A stretch of 64,000 bases of DNA from assembly GCA_964291625.2 (NCBI GenBank), contig OZ220089.1, forward strand, positions 2,400,001 to 2,464,000. The letters run 5' to 3'. The notes beneath the pieces are model-generated. The model made no database searches. It saw only the letters and a program-made list of their open reading frames with translations, and was not told where the DNA came from. The DNA comes from Candidatus Latescibacterota bacterium. GTDB taxonomy: Bacteria; Latescibacterota; UBA2968; UBA8231. A program made the position numbers and the translations under genes. How positions within the stretch are numbered: the stretch's first letter is position 1; every line of letters begins with the position of its first letter. This document shows, piece by piece, positions 1 through 8,589 of this stretch.

Positions 1-250
1 TGATGCTAAGGGCTTGGCGGATCGTGAAGATCCTCACCGTAGCTGAAGTGTCCCCGTCCGATAGAACTGGTCGCAACCCCGGTGCCGTTCGACGTGCGCC
101 TATTATGGACGCGGTCCCCCCGTTGAACGAGTTGAGGATCCAGGTGCATCCTCGAGACCGGCTGCGAAAGCAGATGGAGGGGGTTGACCGCGGACCTGTC
201 CGAAGACCGGGACGCAGTTCCGGGCGCGCTGCGCCAGCATGGTCCATGAC

Positions 251-3079
251 ATGACACCGGGCGACTTCATCGCCAAGTGGCGGGCCTCGGAGCTGAAGGA
301 GCGCTCGGCTTCGCAGGAGCACTTCATCGACTTGTGCCGGCTCCTGGACGAGCCGACGCCGGCCGAGGCCGATCCGACCGGCGAAACCTACTGCTTCGAG
401 AAGGGCGCCCGCAGGGAGACCGGCGGCGACGGCTGGGCGGACGTGTGGAAGCGGCACTGCTTCGCCTGGGAGTACAAGGGTCTGCGCGCCAACCTCGACG
501 CCGCCTTCGACCAGCTCCGGCAGTACGCTCTCGCCCTTGAGAACCCGCCGCTCCTGATCGTCTCCGACATGCGGCGGTTCCGCATCCGCACCAACTGGAC
601 CAACAGCGTCAGCGAGATCCACGACTTCGACATCGAGGACCTCGCCGATGCCTCCGTGCGCGACAAGCTCAAGTGGGCGGTCTCCGACCCCGAACGGCTG
701 CGGCCCGGTGAAACCCGCCAAGCCCTCACCGAGCGCGCCGCCAAGGCCTTCGCTTCGCTGGCACAGTTTCTGCGCGAACGCGGCAACGATCCGCGGCCGG
801 TGGCCCACTTCGTCAACCGCCTCGTGTTCTGCATGTTCGCCGAAGATGTGGGCCTGCTGCCGAACGACATGTTCACGCGGATGCTGCAGCAGGCGCGCGG
901 TCGGCCGGACGAGTTCGCCAACATGGCCCGCGACCTGTTCGGGGCAATGTGCCAGGGCGGCCGGGTCGGCTTCGAGACCGTGGAGTGGTTCAACGGTGGC
1001 CTCTTCGACGACGACACCTCACTGTCCCTCGAGAAGCCCGAGATCGACATCGTGCTGGAGGCGGCGGACCTCGACTGGTCAGAGATCGATCCCTCGATCC
1101 TTGGGACCCTGTTCGAGCGCGGCCTCGACCCGGACAAGCGCTCCCAGCTCGGGGCGCACTATACCGACCGCGACAAGATCATGCGCATCGTTGAGCCCGT
1201 GGTCGTCCGTCCCCTCCTCGCCGAATGGCAGAAGGTGAAGGGAGAGATCGCAGCGGCTCTGGAGCGCGCCGACCAGGCCCGGTCGAGGGCGGCGGCCACA
1301 CGGCAGCGGGGACAGGCGAACCGGCTATTGCGCACCTTCCTCGAAGGTCTGCGGGGCTTCACGGTCCTCGACCCCGCCTGCGGCTCAGGCAACTTCCTCT
1401 ACCTGGCGCTGCAGTCGCTCAAGGACCTGGAGCACCGCGTGCAGCTGGAGGCGGACGCCATGGGCCTTCAGCGGGAGTTCCCAGGGGTCGGGCCCGCCAA
1501 CGTCCAGGGGATCGAGATCAACCCCTACGCCGCCGAGCTTGCCCGCGTGTCGGTGTGGGTCGGCGAGATCCAGTGGATGCGGCGCAACGGATTCGGCGAG
1601 CTGCGCGATCCGATCCTCAAGCCTCTCGACACCATCGAATGCCGGGACGCGATCCTGACGCCGGAGAACGGTGAGCCGGATTGGCCGCAGGCTGACGTGG
1701 TGATCGGTAACCCGCCCTTTCTCGGGGGGAAGCTCCTGAACGCCCACCTCGGGGAGGAGTACGTCTCGCGAATGTTCCAGGTGTATGAAGGCCGCGTGCC
1801 GGCCGAGGCCGATCTCGTCTGCTACTGGTTCGTGAAGGCCGGACAGCACCTCGCCGCCGGTCAGGCGAAGCGGGCCGGACTCGTCTCGACCAATTCCATT
1901 CGCGGAGGCGCCAACAGACGGGCTTTGCAGGCCGCCGTCGAGGGCCGGCCGATCTTCGATGCCTGGAGCGACGAACCGTGGGTGATCGATGGCGCGGCCG
2001 TACGGGTTTCCATGGTCTGCTTCTCGCGGCCGGAGGACGGATCGGTGTCGGAACGGCGGCTCGATGGCGAGCCCGTCGATGCGATCCATGCCGACCTGAC
2101 CGCGACCCGAGGAGACTCTGGCATCGATCTGACAGCTACGCGGCGCCTACCTCGGAACATGGGCGTCGCCTTCATGGGGGACACGAAGGGCGGACCCTTC
2201 GACGTCCCGGGTGCAGTCGCCCGCGAATGGCTACAGGAGCCCACCAACCCGAACGGACGACCCAACTCCGACGTCTTGGAACCATGGATGAACGGCAGGG
2301 ACGTGACCCGGCGTCCGGCGGACAAGTGGATCGTCGATTTCGGCTGCAGCATGGTGCGGGAAGAGGCTGCGCTCTACGAGGCGCCGTTCCAGCACGCCAT
2401 GGAGCACGTCTATCCGATGCGCCAGCGCAACCGCCGGGAAGCCTACCGCACCTATTGGTGGCGGCATGTCGAGCCGAGGCGTGGCATGTGGGATGCGCTC
2501 GACGGCCTAACGCGCTACATCGCCACACCTACGGTGGCTAAACACAGGCTGTTCACCTGGCTTGACGTGCGCGTCTGTCCTGACCACCAACTCATCGTCA
2601 TCGCCCGCGACGACGATACCACCTTCGGCATCCTCCACAGCCGCTTCCACGAGGCGTGGTCCCTTCGCCTCGGCACTTGGCTCGGCAAGGGAAACGACCC
2701 CCGATACACGCCCACCACCACCTTCGAGACCTTCCCCTTCCCCGAGGGGCTGTCGCCCGACGTTCCCGCCGCCGACTATGCGAACGATCCGCGCCCGGTC
2801 GCCATTGCTGAGGCATCCCGCCGGCTCGTCGAACTGCGGGACCGCTGGCTGAACCCGCCTGAATTGGTAGAATGGGTGGACGAGCCTGTGACAGGCTATC
2901 CCCCGCGGGCGGTACCGCGCAACGAAGAGGCGGAGAAGGAGCTGAAGAAGCGTACGCTGACCAACCTCTACAACACCCGCCCGCAGTGGCTCGTAGACAC
3001 ACACGCGGTACTCGATGCGGCCGTGGCCGAGGCCTACGGGGTGGGAGGTGGGAATCTCCGTAGACCGGGCACTGAATGA
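251..3079 (+). CDS. MmeI-like type IIG/IIL restriction-modification fusion (nuclease + N6-adenine DNA methyltransferase + target recognition domain); last ~30 codons appear frameshifted (true stop probably 3134)
   Basis: N-terminal PD-(D/E)xK-like 'WADVWKRHCFAWEYK', SAM motif 'VLDPACGSGNFL', catalytic 'GNPPF', MmeI-type C-terminal 'RYTPTTTFETFPFP...RTLTNLYN'. ATG at 251 (MTPGDFIAKW) is preferred over 239. Confidence 0.9.
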   Translation: MTPGDFIAKWRASELKERSASQEHFIDLCRLLDEPTPAEADPTGETYCFEKGARRETGGDGWADVWKRHCFAWEYKGLRANLDAAFDQLRQYALALENPPLLIVSDMRRFRIRTNWTNSVSEIHDFDIEDLADASVRDKLKWAVSDPERLRPGETRQALTERAAKAFASLAQFLRERGNDPRPVAHFVNRLVFCMFAEDVGLLPNDMFTRMLQQARGRPDEFANMARDLFGAMCQGGRVGFETVEWFNGGLFDDDTSLSLEKPEIDIVLEAADLDWSEIDPSILGTLFERGLDPDKRSQLGAHYTDRDKIMRIVEPVVVRPLLAEWQKVKGEIAAALERADQARSRAAATRQRGQANRLLRTFLEGLRGFTVLDPACGSGNFLYLALQSLKDLEHRVQLEADAMGLQREFPGVGPANVQGIEINPYAAELARVSVWVGEIQWMRRNGFGELRDPILKPLDTIECRDAILTPENGEPDWPQADVVIGNPPFLGGKLLNAHLGEEYVSRMFQVYEGRVPAEADLVCYWFVKAGQHLAAGQAKRAGLVSTNSIRGGANRRALQAAVEGRPIFDAWSDEPWVIDGAAVRVSMVCFSRPEDGSVSERRLDGEPVDAIHADLTATRGDSGIDLTATRRLPRNMGVAFMGDTKGGPFDVPGAVAREWLQEPTNPNGRPNSDVLEPWMNGRDVTRRPADKWIVDFGCSMVREEAALYEAPFQHAMEHVYPMRQRNRREAYRTYWWRHVEPRRGMWDALDGLTRYIATPTVAKHRLFTWLDVRVCPDHQLIVIARDDDTTFGILHSRFHEAWSLRLGTWLGKGNDPRYTPTTTFETFPFPEGLSPDVPAADYANDPRPVAIAEASRRLVELRDRWLNPPELVEWVDEPVTGYPPRAVPRNEEAEKELKKRTLTNLYNTRPQWLVDTHAVLDAAVAEAYGVGGGNLRRPGTE

Positions 3080-3143
3080 ACTGCTGTCCATGAACTATGC
3101 CAGAGGGGAAGCGTCCTTCCCGGCATCTCACTGAAGGGAATGC

Positions 3144-4139
3144 ATGAAAGAGTCTGCGAAGTGTCCTATCTGTCAGAACAAAGATGGTGGCCAGTGCTTG
3201 CGTTACCCCGAGGACGGCACAGACGCCCTCAAGTTCAACTGCGCTACGTGTGGCCAGTACGCAATAGCCAGGACGGCATTCTGCGGCATGTTGAGTCAAG
3301 AGGCTGATGCGCTGACAGTAGTTCAGCGCGCGACTCTAAGTCATCTATTGCGAACGAAGCATGAGAACAACGAGCGCTTCATGGTAGACACCATCTGGCT
3401 TGGAAAATTCCTATCGAATTGTCGACTTCCCACCCCGCATGAACGAACTGCCAATCTGATCCGGTATGTCGGCGACCACGTTTCCCAAACCGGCGATAGC
3501 ATATCCGTTCCTCCAGATCATATCCATGCGATCATCGGGGCGCCGAACCGCGAGGCTGTCATTCGGCTGATGAAGGAGTTGGTCGAGCGTGGAACACTTA
3601 TCGCCGACCCACCTGGTACCGCCGTCCGTGTGGATCCGACTAATGGACCCCCTCTCCGCTTGTTTACCAACATCGATCTCAGTCTGGAAGGGTGGGAACG
3701 CTACGACGAAGAGAAACGTGGGAAGTTCCAAGGAAGCTATGGATTCATGGCCATGAAGTTTGGAGATCCCGATCTCGATCCTTTCGTAAGGGACGTTGTG
3801 AAACCTGCTCTGAGTGATGACCTCGGCTACGATCTTGTGGATATGCGCGATGTATCTCGTGCCGGGGTAGTCGACGACATCATGCGGACCCAGATTCGGG
3901 ATGCAGCCTTTGTCATTGCCGATCTAACACACGATAACCCTGGCGCTTACTGGGAAGCCGGCTATGCAGAGGGTTTGGGAAAGCCCGTCATTTATATTTG
4001 CGAGAAGGAGAAGTTCAAAGAAGAGAGCACTCACTTTGATACGAACCATTGCATGACTGTCCCTTGGTGCCAAGATGATCCCGGTGACTTCCGCGAGAAG
4101 CTGATCGCGACCCTTCGCCGGTCGCTTGAGCCGGTCTGA
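3144..4139 (+). CDS. Zn-ribbon + putative winged helix + nucleoside 2-deoxyribosyltransferase-like (NDT/TIR-like Rossmann) domain protein; candidate defence effector
   Basis: CPIC...CATC at the N-terminus. C-terminal 'GFMAMKFG...IRDAAFVIADLTHDNPGAYWEAGYAEGLGKPVIYIC...HFD' is typical of NDT-like domains. Visibly less GC-rich than flanking genes. Confidence 0.75.
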   Translation: MKESAKCPICQNKDGGQCLRYPEDGTDALKFNCATCGQYAIARTAFCGMLSQEADALTVVQRATLSHLLRTKHENNERFMVDTIWLGKFLSNCRLPTPHERTANLIRYVGDHVSQTGDSISVPPDHIHAIIGAPNREAVIRLMKELVERGTLIADPPGTAVRVDPTNGPPLRLFTNIDLSLEGWERYDEEKRGKFQGSYGFMAMKFGDPDLDPFVRDVVKPALSDDLGYDLVDMRDVSRAGVVDDIMRTQIRDAAFVIADLTHDNPGAYWEAGYAEGLGKPVIYICEKEKFKEESTHFDTNHCMTVPWCQDDPGDFREKLIATLRRSLEPV

Positions 4140-4168
4140 ATCGGCTACATCCCGGGTTGCACTCCGCA

Positions 4169-4459
4169 TCAGCTCGCTGGCCACACCCGCTCAACCTCAG
4201 TTTCCTCAGCATGCTTCATCGCCTGCGCCAAGTCGTAGGCAGCCTGGAGCCGCAGCCACGTTCCGGCTCCACCCCCAAAGGCCTTGTCGAGCCGGATCGC
4301 CATCTCGGGCGAGATGCCCGCCCTGCAGTTCACGATGTCGGAAAGCCGCTTGCGGCTGACCCCCAGGTGCCTGGCCGCTTCCGTGACGTTCAGCCCCAAA
4401 GGCTCCAGGCAATCGTTCCGCACCGAAAGCCCTGGATGGGGCGGGTTCTTCATCGGCAT
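4169..4459 (-). CDS. higA: HigA family antitoxin (XRE HTH), no adjacent higB
   Basis: 'MKNPPHPG...[37 protein letters not shown]...[10 protein letters not shown]'. Confidence 0.9.
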   Translation of the reverse strand: MPMKNPPHPGLSVRNDCLEPLGLNVTEAARHLGVSRKRLSDIVNCRAGISPEMAIRLDKAFGGGAGTWLRLQAAYDLAQAMKHAEETEVERVWPAS

Positions 4460-4511
4460 AGCTCATCCCTTCCATTGATGGTCGATCAGGTACACCTCGC
4501 TCGGGATCGTC

Positions 4512-5267
4512 TCAACCGGCACGCAGCACAAAGAACTCGTAGCCGTAGTACTCCGAGTAGGCATACCAGATGTCGATTTCCCTCTGGCACTGGTCCGCCA
4601 GCTCCAGCGCGTCCGGCGCGTCGTGGTGGCGCTTGCGGAATGTGGTCACATTGTCCTGCAGTGGCCGGTAGTAGTCGTCCCACCATGCGGACGCGGGGAG
4701 CGGAAAGTGCCCGACCGTCTCGTAGCCGCACGCCTCGATGGCCTCCAGAAGCGCGGAGGTGTCGCGGATGGCCGGGTACTCCCGGTTCCAGAACGCGGCG
4801 CATGCGGCCGGAGGGTTGGGCTTCTGCCAGCACACCTCCGTAAGCGCGATGTGCCCATTGCGCCGCAGCAGGCGGCGCCAGTCGCGCAGGCCCGCTTCGA
4901 CCCCCATGATGTAGATGGCGCCTTCGCACCAGATCAGGTCGAAGGAACCGTCGGCGAAGTCGAGTCGGCGCATGTCGGCCACGCGGGCTTCCAGTCGATC
5001 CGCGATGCCCAGTTCCTGCGCCTTGCCGTTCAGCGCGTCGATGAACGGGGAATGGTTGTCGATGGCGACGATGCGCGACGGTGAGCTTTCCGCCAGGACC
5101 AGTGTCTGGGCGCCGGGTCCACAGCCGATGTCGAGCACGCGGGTCCCCGGCCCGAGGTCCGGCACGAGCCCGAGGGCGCGACGCGTGCTGGCTGCGCTCC
5201 CGGGTCCCTGCCGGGGCAGCCCACTGTGCAGCTCCCAGAACAGCGACATTGCTCGATCCTCCGGCAT
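4512..5267 (-). CDS. Class I SAM-dependent methyltransferase
   Basis: 'RQGPGS', 'VLDIGCGPG', 'FDLIWCEGAIY'. ATG at 5267 with a GGAGGAG RBS. Confidence 0.85.
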   Translation of the reverse strand: MPEDRAMSLFWELHSGLPRQGPGSAASTRRALGLVPDLGPGTRVLDIGCGPGAQTLVLAESSPSRIVAIDNHSPFIDALNGKAQELGIADRLEARVADMRRLDFADGSFDLIWCEGAIYIMGVEAGLRDWRRLLRRNGHIALTEVCWQKPNPPAACAAFWNREYPAIRDTSALLEAIEACGYETVGHFPLPASAWWDDYYRPLQDNVTTFRKRHHDAPDALELADQCQREIDIWYAYSEYYGYEFFVLRAG

Positions 5268-5373
5268 GACTCCTCCTGTCGATGGTCTTCGAGACGTGCG
5301 GCCCGGGCCGCCCCGGCCGAGCCCCACAGAGATTACCAGGCGTTCTGCACCGGTGCACGAGTGGGGCCGGTTC

Positions 5374-5401
5374 TTGACAGAGGGTTCCCAGAAGGTATGC
5401 T
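5374..5401 (+). promoter_or_regulatory. sigma70-type promoter of the MNT-HEPN pair
   Basis: TTGACA (5374-5379), 16-bp spacer, TATGCT (5396-5401), then a GGAGGGAG RBS before ATG 5426. Confidence 0.55.
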
Positions 5402-5425
5402 GGTCCTCTTCACTCGGGAGGGAGC

Positions 5426-5809
5426 ATGGCTGTCGATCCTGCCGCCGCCGCCCGCTGGATTGTCAGCCGGCACGAGCGGCGGCGTAAGGCCCTTCGCCGG
5501 CGGTTGCAGTCGGCCCAGGAGGACGCGGCCCGGATCATTTCCGCAATTGCCGCGCAGTACCGGCCCCTGCGCATCTACCAGTGGGGATCCCTCGTCCGTA
5601 CCGAACGCTTCACCGAGATCTCCGATATCGACATCGCCGTCGAGGGGATGGACTGCGACGAGCCGACCCTGGCGGCCATCCGCACGCAGGCGGATTCGAT
5701 GACCGACTTCCACGTCGACCTGGTGGCCATGGAGCGCCTCGAGCCCGGGAGGGCCGACCTCATCCGGCGGTTCGGCACAGTGGCATGGGAAGATGGAGAC
5801 CGGGGCTGA
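5426..5809 (+). CDS. Minimal nucleotidyltransferase (MNT) antitoxin
   Basis: 'YQWGSLV...SDIDIAVEG...VDLV' GS...DxD motif, 127 aa, overlaps the start of a HEPN-like gene. Confidence 0.85.
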   Translation: MAVDPAAAARWIVSRHERRRKALRRRLQSAQEDAARIISAIAAQYRPLRIYQWGSLVRTERFTEISDIDIAVEGMDCDEPTLAAIRTQADSMTDFHVDLVAMERLEPGRADLIRRFGTVAWEDGDRG

Positions 5810-7574
5810 ACGCGCCATCGACGAGCTGACCGCGGAGCTCGAACGGGCGCGAGAGCGAGTGGAGGCAATCTACTCGAAGCTCGGCCAGGCCCGGGCCACG
5901 ACGCTTCCGCGCATCGGCCGCACCGATGACGGCGCTCTGGTCGTGGCCGGCTACCTCGAAACCTACTACACCGCCCTCGAGACTTTCTTCGTCCGGGTCT
6001 CGGGTTACTTCGAGAGCGACCTGCCGCGGGGGTGTGGCATGCCACCCTGCTGGAGAAGATGAACCTCGAGATCGAAGGGGTACGGGCGAAGGTGGTGGGG
6101 GACCGCAGCCTCGTCCGCCTCCGCGAGTTGCTCCGATGGAGTACGACTGGGCTCGCATCGACTTCCTGCTGGCGACCCTGGACGAGGCCCATCCGGCGGT
6201 GCTGAGCGATCTCGGGGCGTTTGGTGCATTCCTCCGCGAGGTTCGCGACCGCACGGGCCGCGGATAGTAAGCCCCCTCGGGCAACCGTCGCACCCACACC
6301 TTCACCTGGCCCCGCGTCGGCACCCGGCCCTGCGAGTCCTCGGCTCGCAGCCTCTCCCACAGCTCCCCGGCGCTCCAGCCGCGCAGGCTCTCCAGGGAGG
6401 TGAACCCCGCCGCGGCCAGGCGGTTGCCGTACTCCGTCCCGATCCCCTGATGCAGGTACAGCGCCACCACCTGCCGCAGATCCGTTGCGCTCGAATGGTC
6501 CAGCTTCGCCTCGACCTCGGCCCAGCGGCGCTCGCTTCTCCATCCCGTCAGCTGCGTCAGGTGTGACACGCCGGCCGCCTGCAGGGCCTGCCGCTGCTCC
6601 GGACTGATGGCCGCGGCATCGGCCACCCTCGGCGTGCGCGAGGTGACGACCACGCGGTCGACGGCGAGATAGCCAGTCACCGATACGATCACGGCCACGG
6701 CGATGGCGGCCGTCCGCGCCAGCCATCCCGCGGCGGGACCCTGCTGAGCGAAGCAGCCGAAGGGGGGCGCCAGCCGGTGCCAGACGAGCAGCCGGTACAC
6801 GGTGGCGCATCCCAGGGCGAAGGGCGGGAAGCCGAGGAATCCCAGCAGGGGCATCTCGAAGAGCTTGAGCTCGTCGAAGAAGGGGACCGTGTAGATCCAC
6901 TTGGCCCGGGCCCAGTAGTTGAAGAACTCCCAGAAGCCGCCGGCGATGGCGCCGGCCAGCAGCATGCGCAGGGTGGGGCCGTACTCGCCGCGCTCCCACT
7001 GGCGCAGCCAGCCGTCCGCTCCACGGCGGTAGACCGTCGGCGCGAGGATCAGGGGCGCGACACCCCAGATCAGCGGGTAGAACCGCGTCGGATCGAGCAG
7101 GCACAGCGCCAGGCTGGCGGCGCCGGCGGCCTGCAGGGCGAGCAGGGATCGCGAACCGAAGCGCAGGGGACGGAGGCGCACCGACGCGGCGACGCCTCGG
7201 GCGCTGAGCCAGTGGTCGATCCAGAACACGCCCGGAAGTACCGTGCCGAAGGCGAGGATGGTCCCCGCCAGGCGCGCGGCGTCCACATCGGTGACCATGA
7301 CGTAGTGCCAGTTCTGCAGCCGCAGGTTGGCCAGCTCGCAGGCGAACCAGAGCACGGCGGACCACGCCATCAGCATGGCGAAGGATCGCGCGCCGAGGCG
7401 GGCGATCAGCGAACGGCCCTCGGCCCGGGCGATGAGCTGGTCGAAGGTGAAGAGGAGGCCGGCCCAGGCGAAGAGGAAGAAGAAGGTGGCCACCGGCTCC
7501 ACGCCGAGGGCGGCGAGCCCGTAGAAGCCGGCCATCCAGGCCACGCCCAGGGACACCGGAACGGGGGATCTCAT
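5760..7574 (-). CDS. Integral membrane protein with C-terminal DUF4332-like HhH domain; 3' ~170 codons are probably read-through antisense to the HEPN pseudogene
   Basis: Many hydrophobic helices, 'GFWEFFNYWARAKWIYTVPF...FEMPLLGFLGFPPF', C-terminal 'HQGIGTEYGNRLAAAGFTSLESL...VPTRGQVKVWVR'. ATG at 7574. Confidence 0.7.
   Translation of the reverse strand: MRSPVPVSLGVAWMAGFYGLAALGVEPVATFFFLFAWAGLLFTFDQLIARAEGRSLIARLGARSFAMLMAWSAVLWFACELANLRLQNWHYVMVTDVDAARLAGTILAFGTVLPGVFWIDHWLSARGVAASVRLRPLRFGSRSLLALQAAGAASLALCLLDPTRFYPLIWGVAPLILAPTVYRRGADGWLRQWERGEYGPTLRMLLAGAIAGGFWEFFNYWARAKWIYTVPFFDELKLFEMPLLGFLGFPPFALGCATVYRLLVWHRLAPPFGCFAQQGPAAGWLARTAAIAVAVIVSVTGYLAVDRVVVTSRTPRVADAAAISPEQRQALQAAGVSHLTQLTGWRSERRWAEVEAKLDHSSATDLRQVVALYLHQGIGTEYGNRLAAAGFTSLESLRGWSAGELWERLRAEDSQGRVPTRGQVKVWVRRLPEGAYYPRPVRSRTSRRNAPNAPRSLSTAGWASSRVASRKSMRAQSYSIGATRGGGRGCGPPPPSPVPLRSRGSSSPAGWHATPPRQVALEVTRDPDEESLEGGVVGFEVAGHDQSAVIGAADARKRRGPGLAELRVDCLHSLSRPFELRGQLVDGAFSPGLHLPMPLCRTAG
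5793..6267 (+). pseudogene. HepT/HEPN-like ribonuclease toxin, disrupted (frameshift at ~6030 and deletion/frameshift at ~6135)
   Basis: Three frames join into 'AGYLETYYTALETFFVRVSGYFESDLPRG / WHATLLEKMNLEIEGVRAKVV...LRELLR / MEYDWARIDFL'. The HEPN R-x4-6-H segment expected between LRELLR and YDW is missing. Confidence 0.75.
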
Positions 7575-7590
7575 CCCATCAGAGATCGGT

Positions 7591-7851
7591 TCACTGCCAC
7601 AGTTCGGGATCGACTCGCCGCCCGGAGTCGATCTTCCGCTGAATCCGGGAGAACTCCTCCTCGTCCCAGCGTCCGAAGAGGTGATCCATGTCTCTGTGGA
7701 CCTCGGTGAAGCGGCGGGACTTGGCCAGTCCGAAGTGCCTTCGCAGGGCATCCAGCGCTACCTGGTTCACGCTCTTGCCTTCCCGCTCGGCTACCTCATT
7801 CAACTTGGCGGCGAGTTGGGGATCCAGACCACGCAGAGTCATGCTCTTCAC
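7591..7851 (-). CDS. Ribbon-helix-helix antitoxin (FitA/VapB-like), cognate PIN toxin absent
   Basis: 'MTLRGLDPQLAAKLNEVAEREGKSVNQVALDAL...LFGRW...VDPELW'. GTG start with AAGGAG-like RBS. Confidence 0.75.
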   Translation of the reverse strand: MKSMTLRGLDPQLAAKLNEVAEREGKSVNQVALDALRRHFGLAKSRRFTEVHRDMDHLFGRWDEEEFSRIQRKIDSGRRVDPELWQ

Positions 7852-7943
7852 TCGGTCCGCGAAGGAGTGCCTCCTTTGAGTGCCATGAGTGTGTAGTATC
7901 GGTATGATCTCGTCAGATGAAATCCTACAGGGAGCATCGACCG

Positions 7944-8252
7944 ATGAGCAACGACGATGGCCGTGCGCGCCCCATGCTGAACCCCCCGCATCTGGGCGAA
8001 CTGATCCGTGAGAGCATGGATGAGACCGGATGGAACGTCACGGAGACGGCCGTCCATCTCGGCTGCGAACGCGGAACCCTGTCGCGCGTGCTGAACGGCA
8101 AGGCGGGCGTCTCTGCGAACATGGCGCTGGCCCTCGAAGCCATCGGCTGGGGCACCGCCGAGCACTGGATGCGGATGCAGGCGAGCTACGAAGTCGCACA
8201 GGCACGGCGGAACCAGGCGGCGACCGCCCCGGCGGCGGCAGACTACAAGTAG
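7944..8252 (+). CDS. higA: HigA family antitoxin (second copy), no adjacent higB
   Basis: 'PMLNPPHLGELIRESM...GWNVTETAVHLGCERGTLSRVLNGKAGVSANMALALE...EHWMRMQASY'. Confidence 0.85.
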   Translation: MSNDDGRARPMLNPPHLGELIRESMDETGWNVTETAVHLGCERGTLSRVLNGKAGVSANMALALEAIGWGTAEHWMRMQASYEVAQARRNQAATAPAAADYK

Positions 8253-8261
8253 TAGACCACC

Positions 8262-8555
8262 GTGAAGCGAACCTACATCGGGTTGGTACACAAGGAGCAA
8301 CAGAGCGACTACGGGGTGAGCTTCCCCGACTTGCCCGGATGTGTCACCGCCGGCCGCACCCTTGAGGAGGCCAAGGAAGTGGCCGCCGAAGCTCTGGCAC
8401 TCCATCTCGAAGGCCTGGCCTGCTCGGACAACGAGATCCCCGAGCCCAGTTCCGCCGATGCCGTTGTTGCGCACCCCGATGCCGGCAGCGCCGTCGCTCT
8501 GCTCCTTGTCGATGCTCTTCCAGAGCAAGCCGGGGTGCAGGTTCCGAGCAGTTAG
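8262..8555 (+). CDS. hicB: HicB family antitoxin lacking the C-terminal DNA-binding domain; no hicA
   Basis: 'YIGLVHKE...DYGVSFPDLPGCVTAGRTLEEAKEVAAEALALHLEG...IPEPS'. Confidence 0.85.
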   Translation: MKRTYIGLVHKEQQSDYGVSFPDLPGCVTAGRTLEEAKEVAAEALALHLEGLACSDNEIPEPSSADAVVAHPDAGSAVALLLVDALPEQAGVQVPSS

Positions 8556-8589
8556 GGGGGCATCCAGCGCCGTCTGGTTCACCCTCCCC

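Noticed and set aside
1-250. Short ORFs 3..254 (+) and 6..257 (-) before the RM gene
   Set aside because: No recognisable motif or typical codon pattern; may be intergenic or a gene remnant cut by the window edge.
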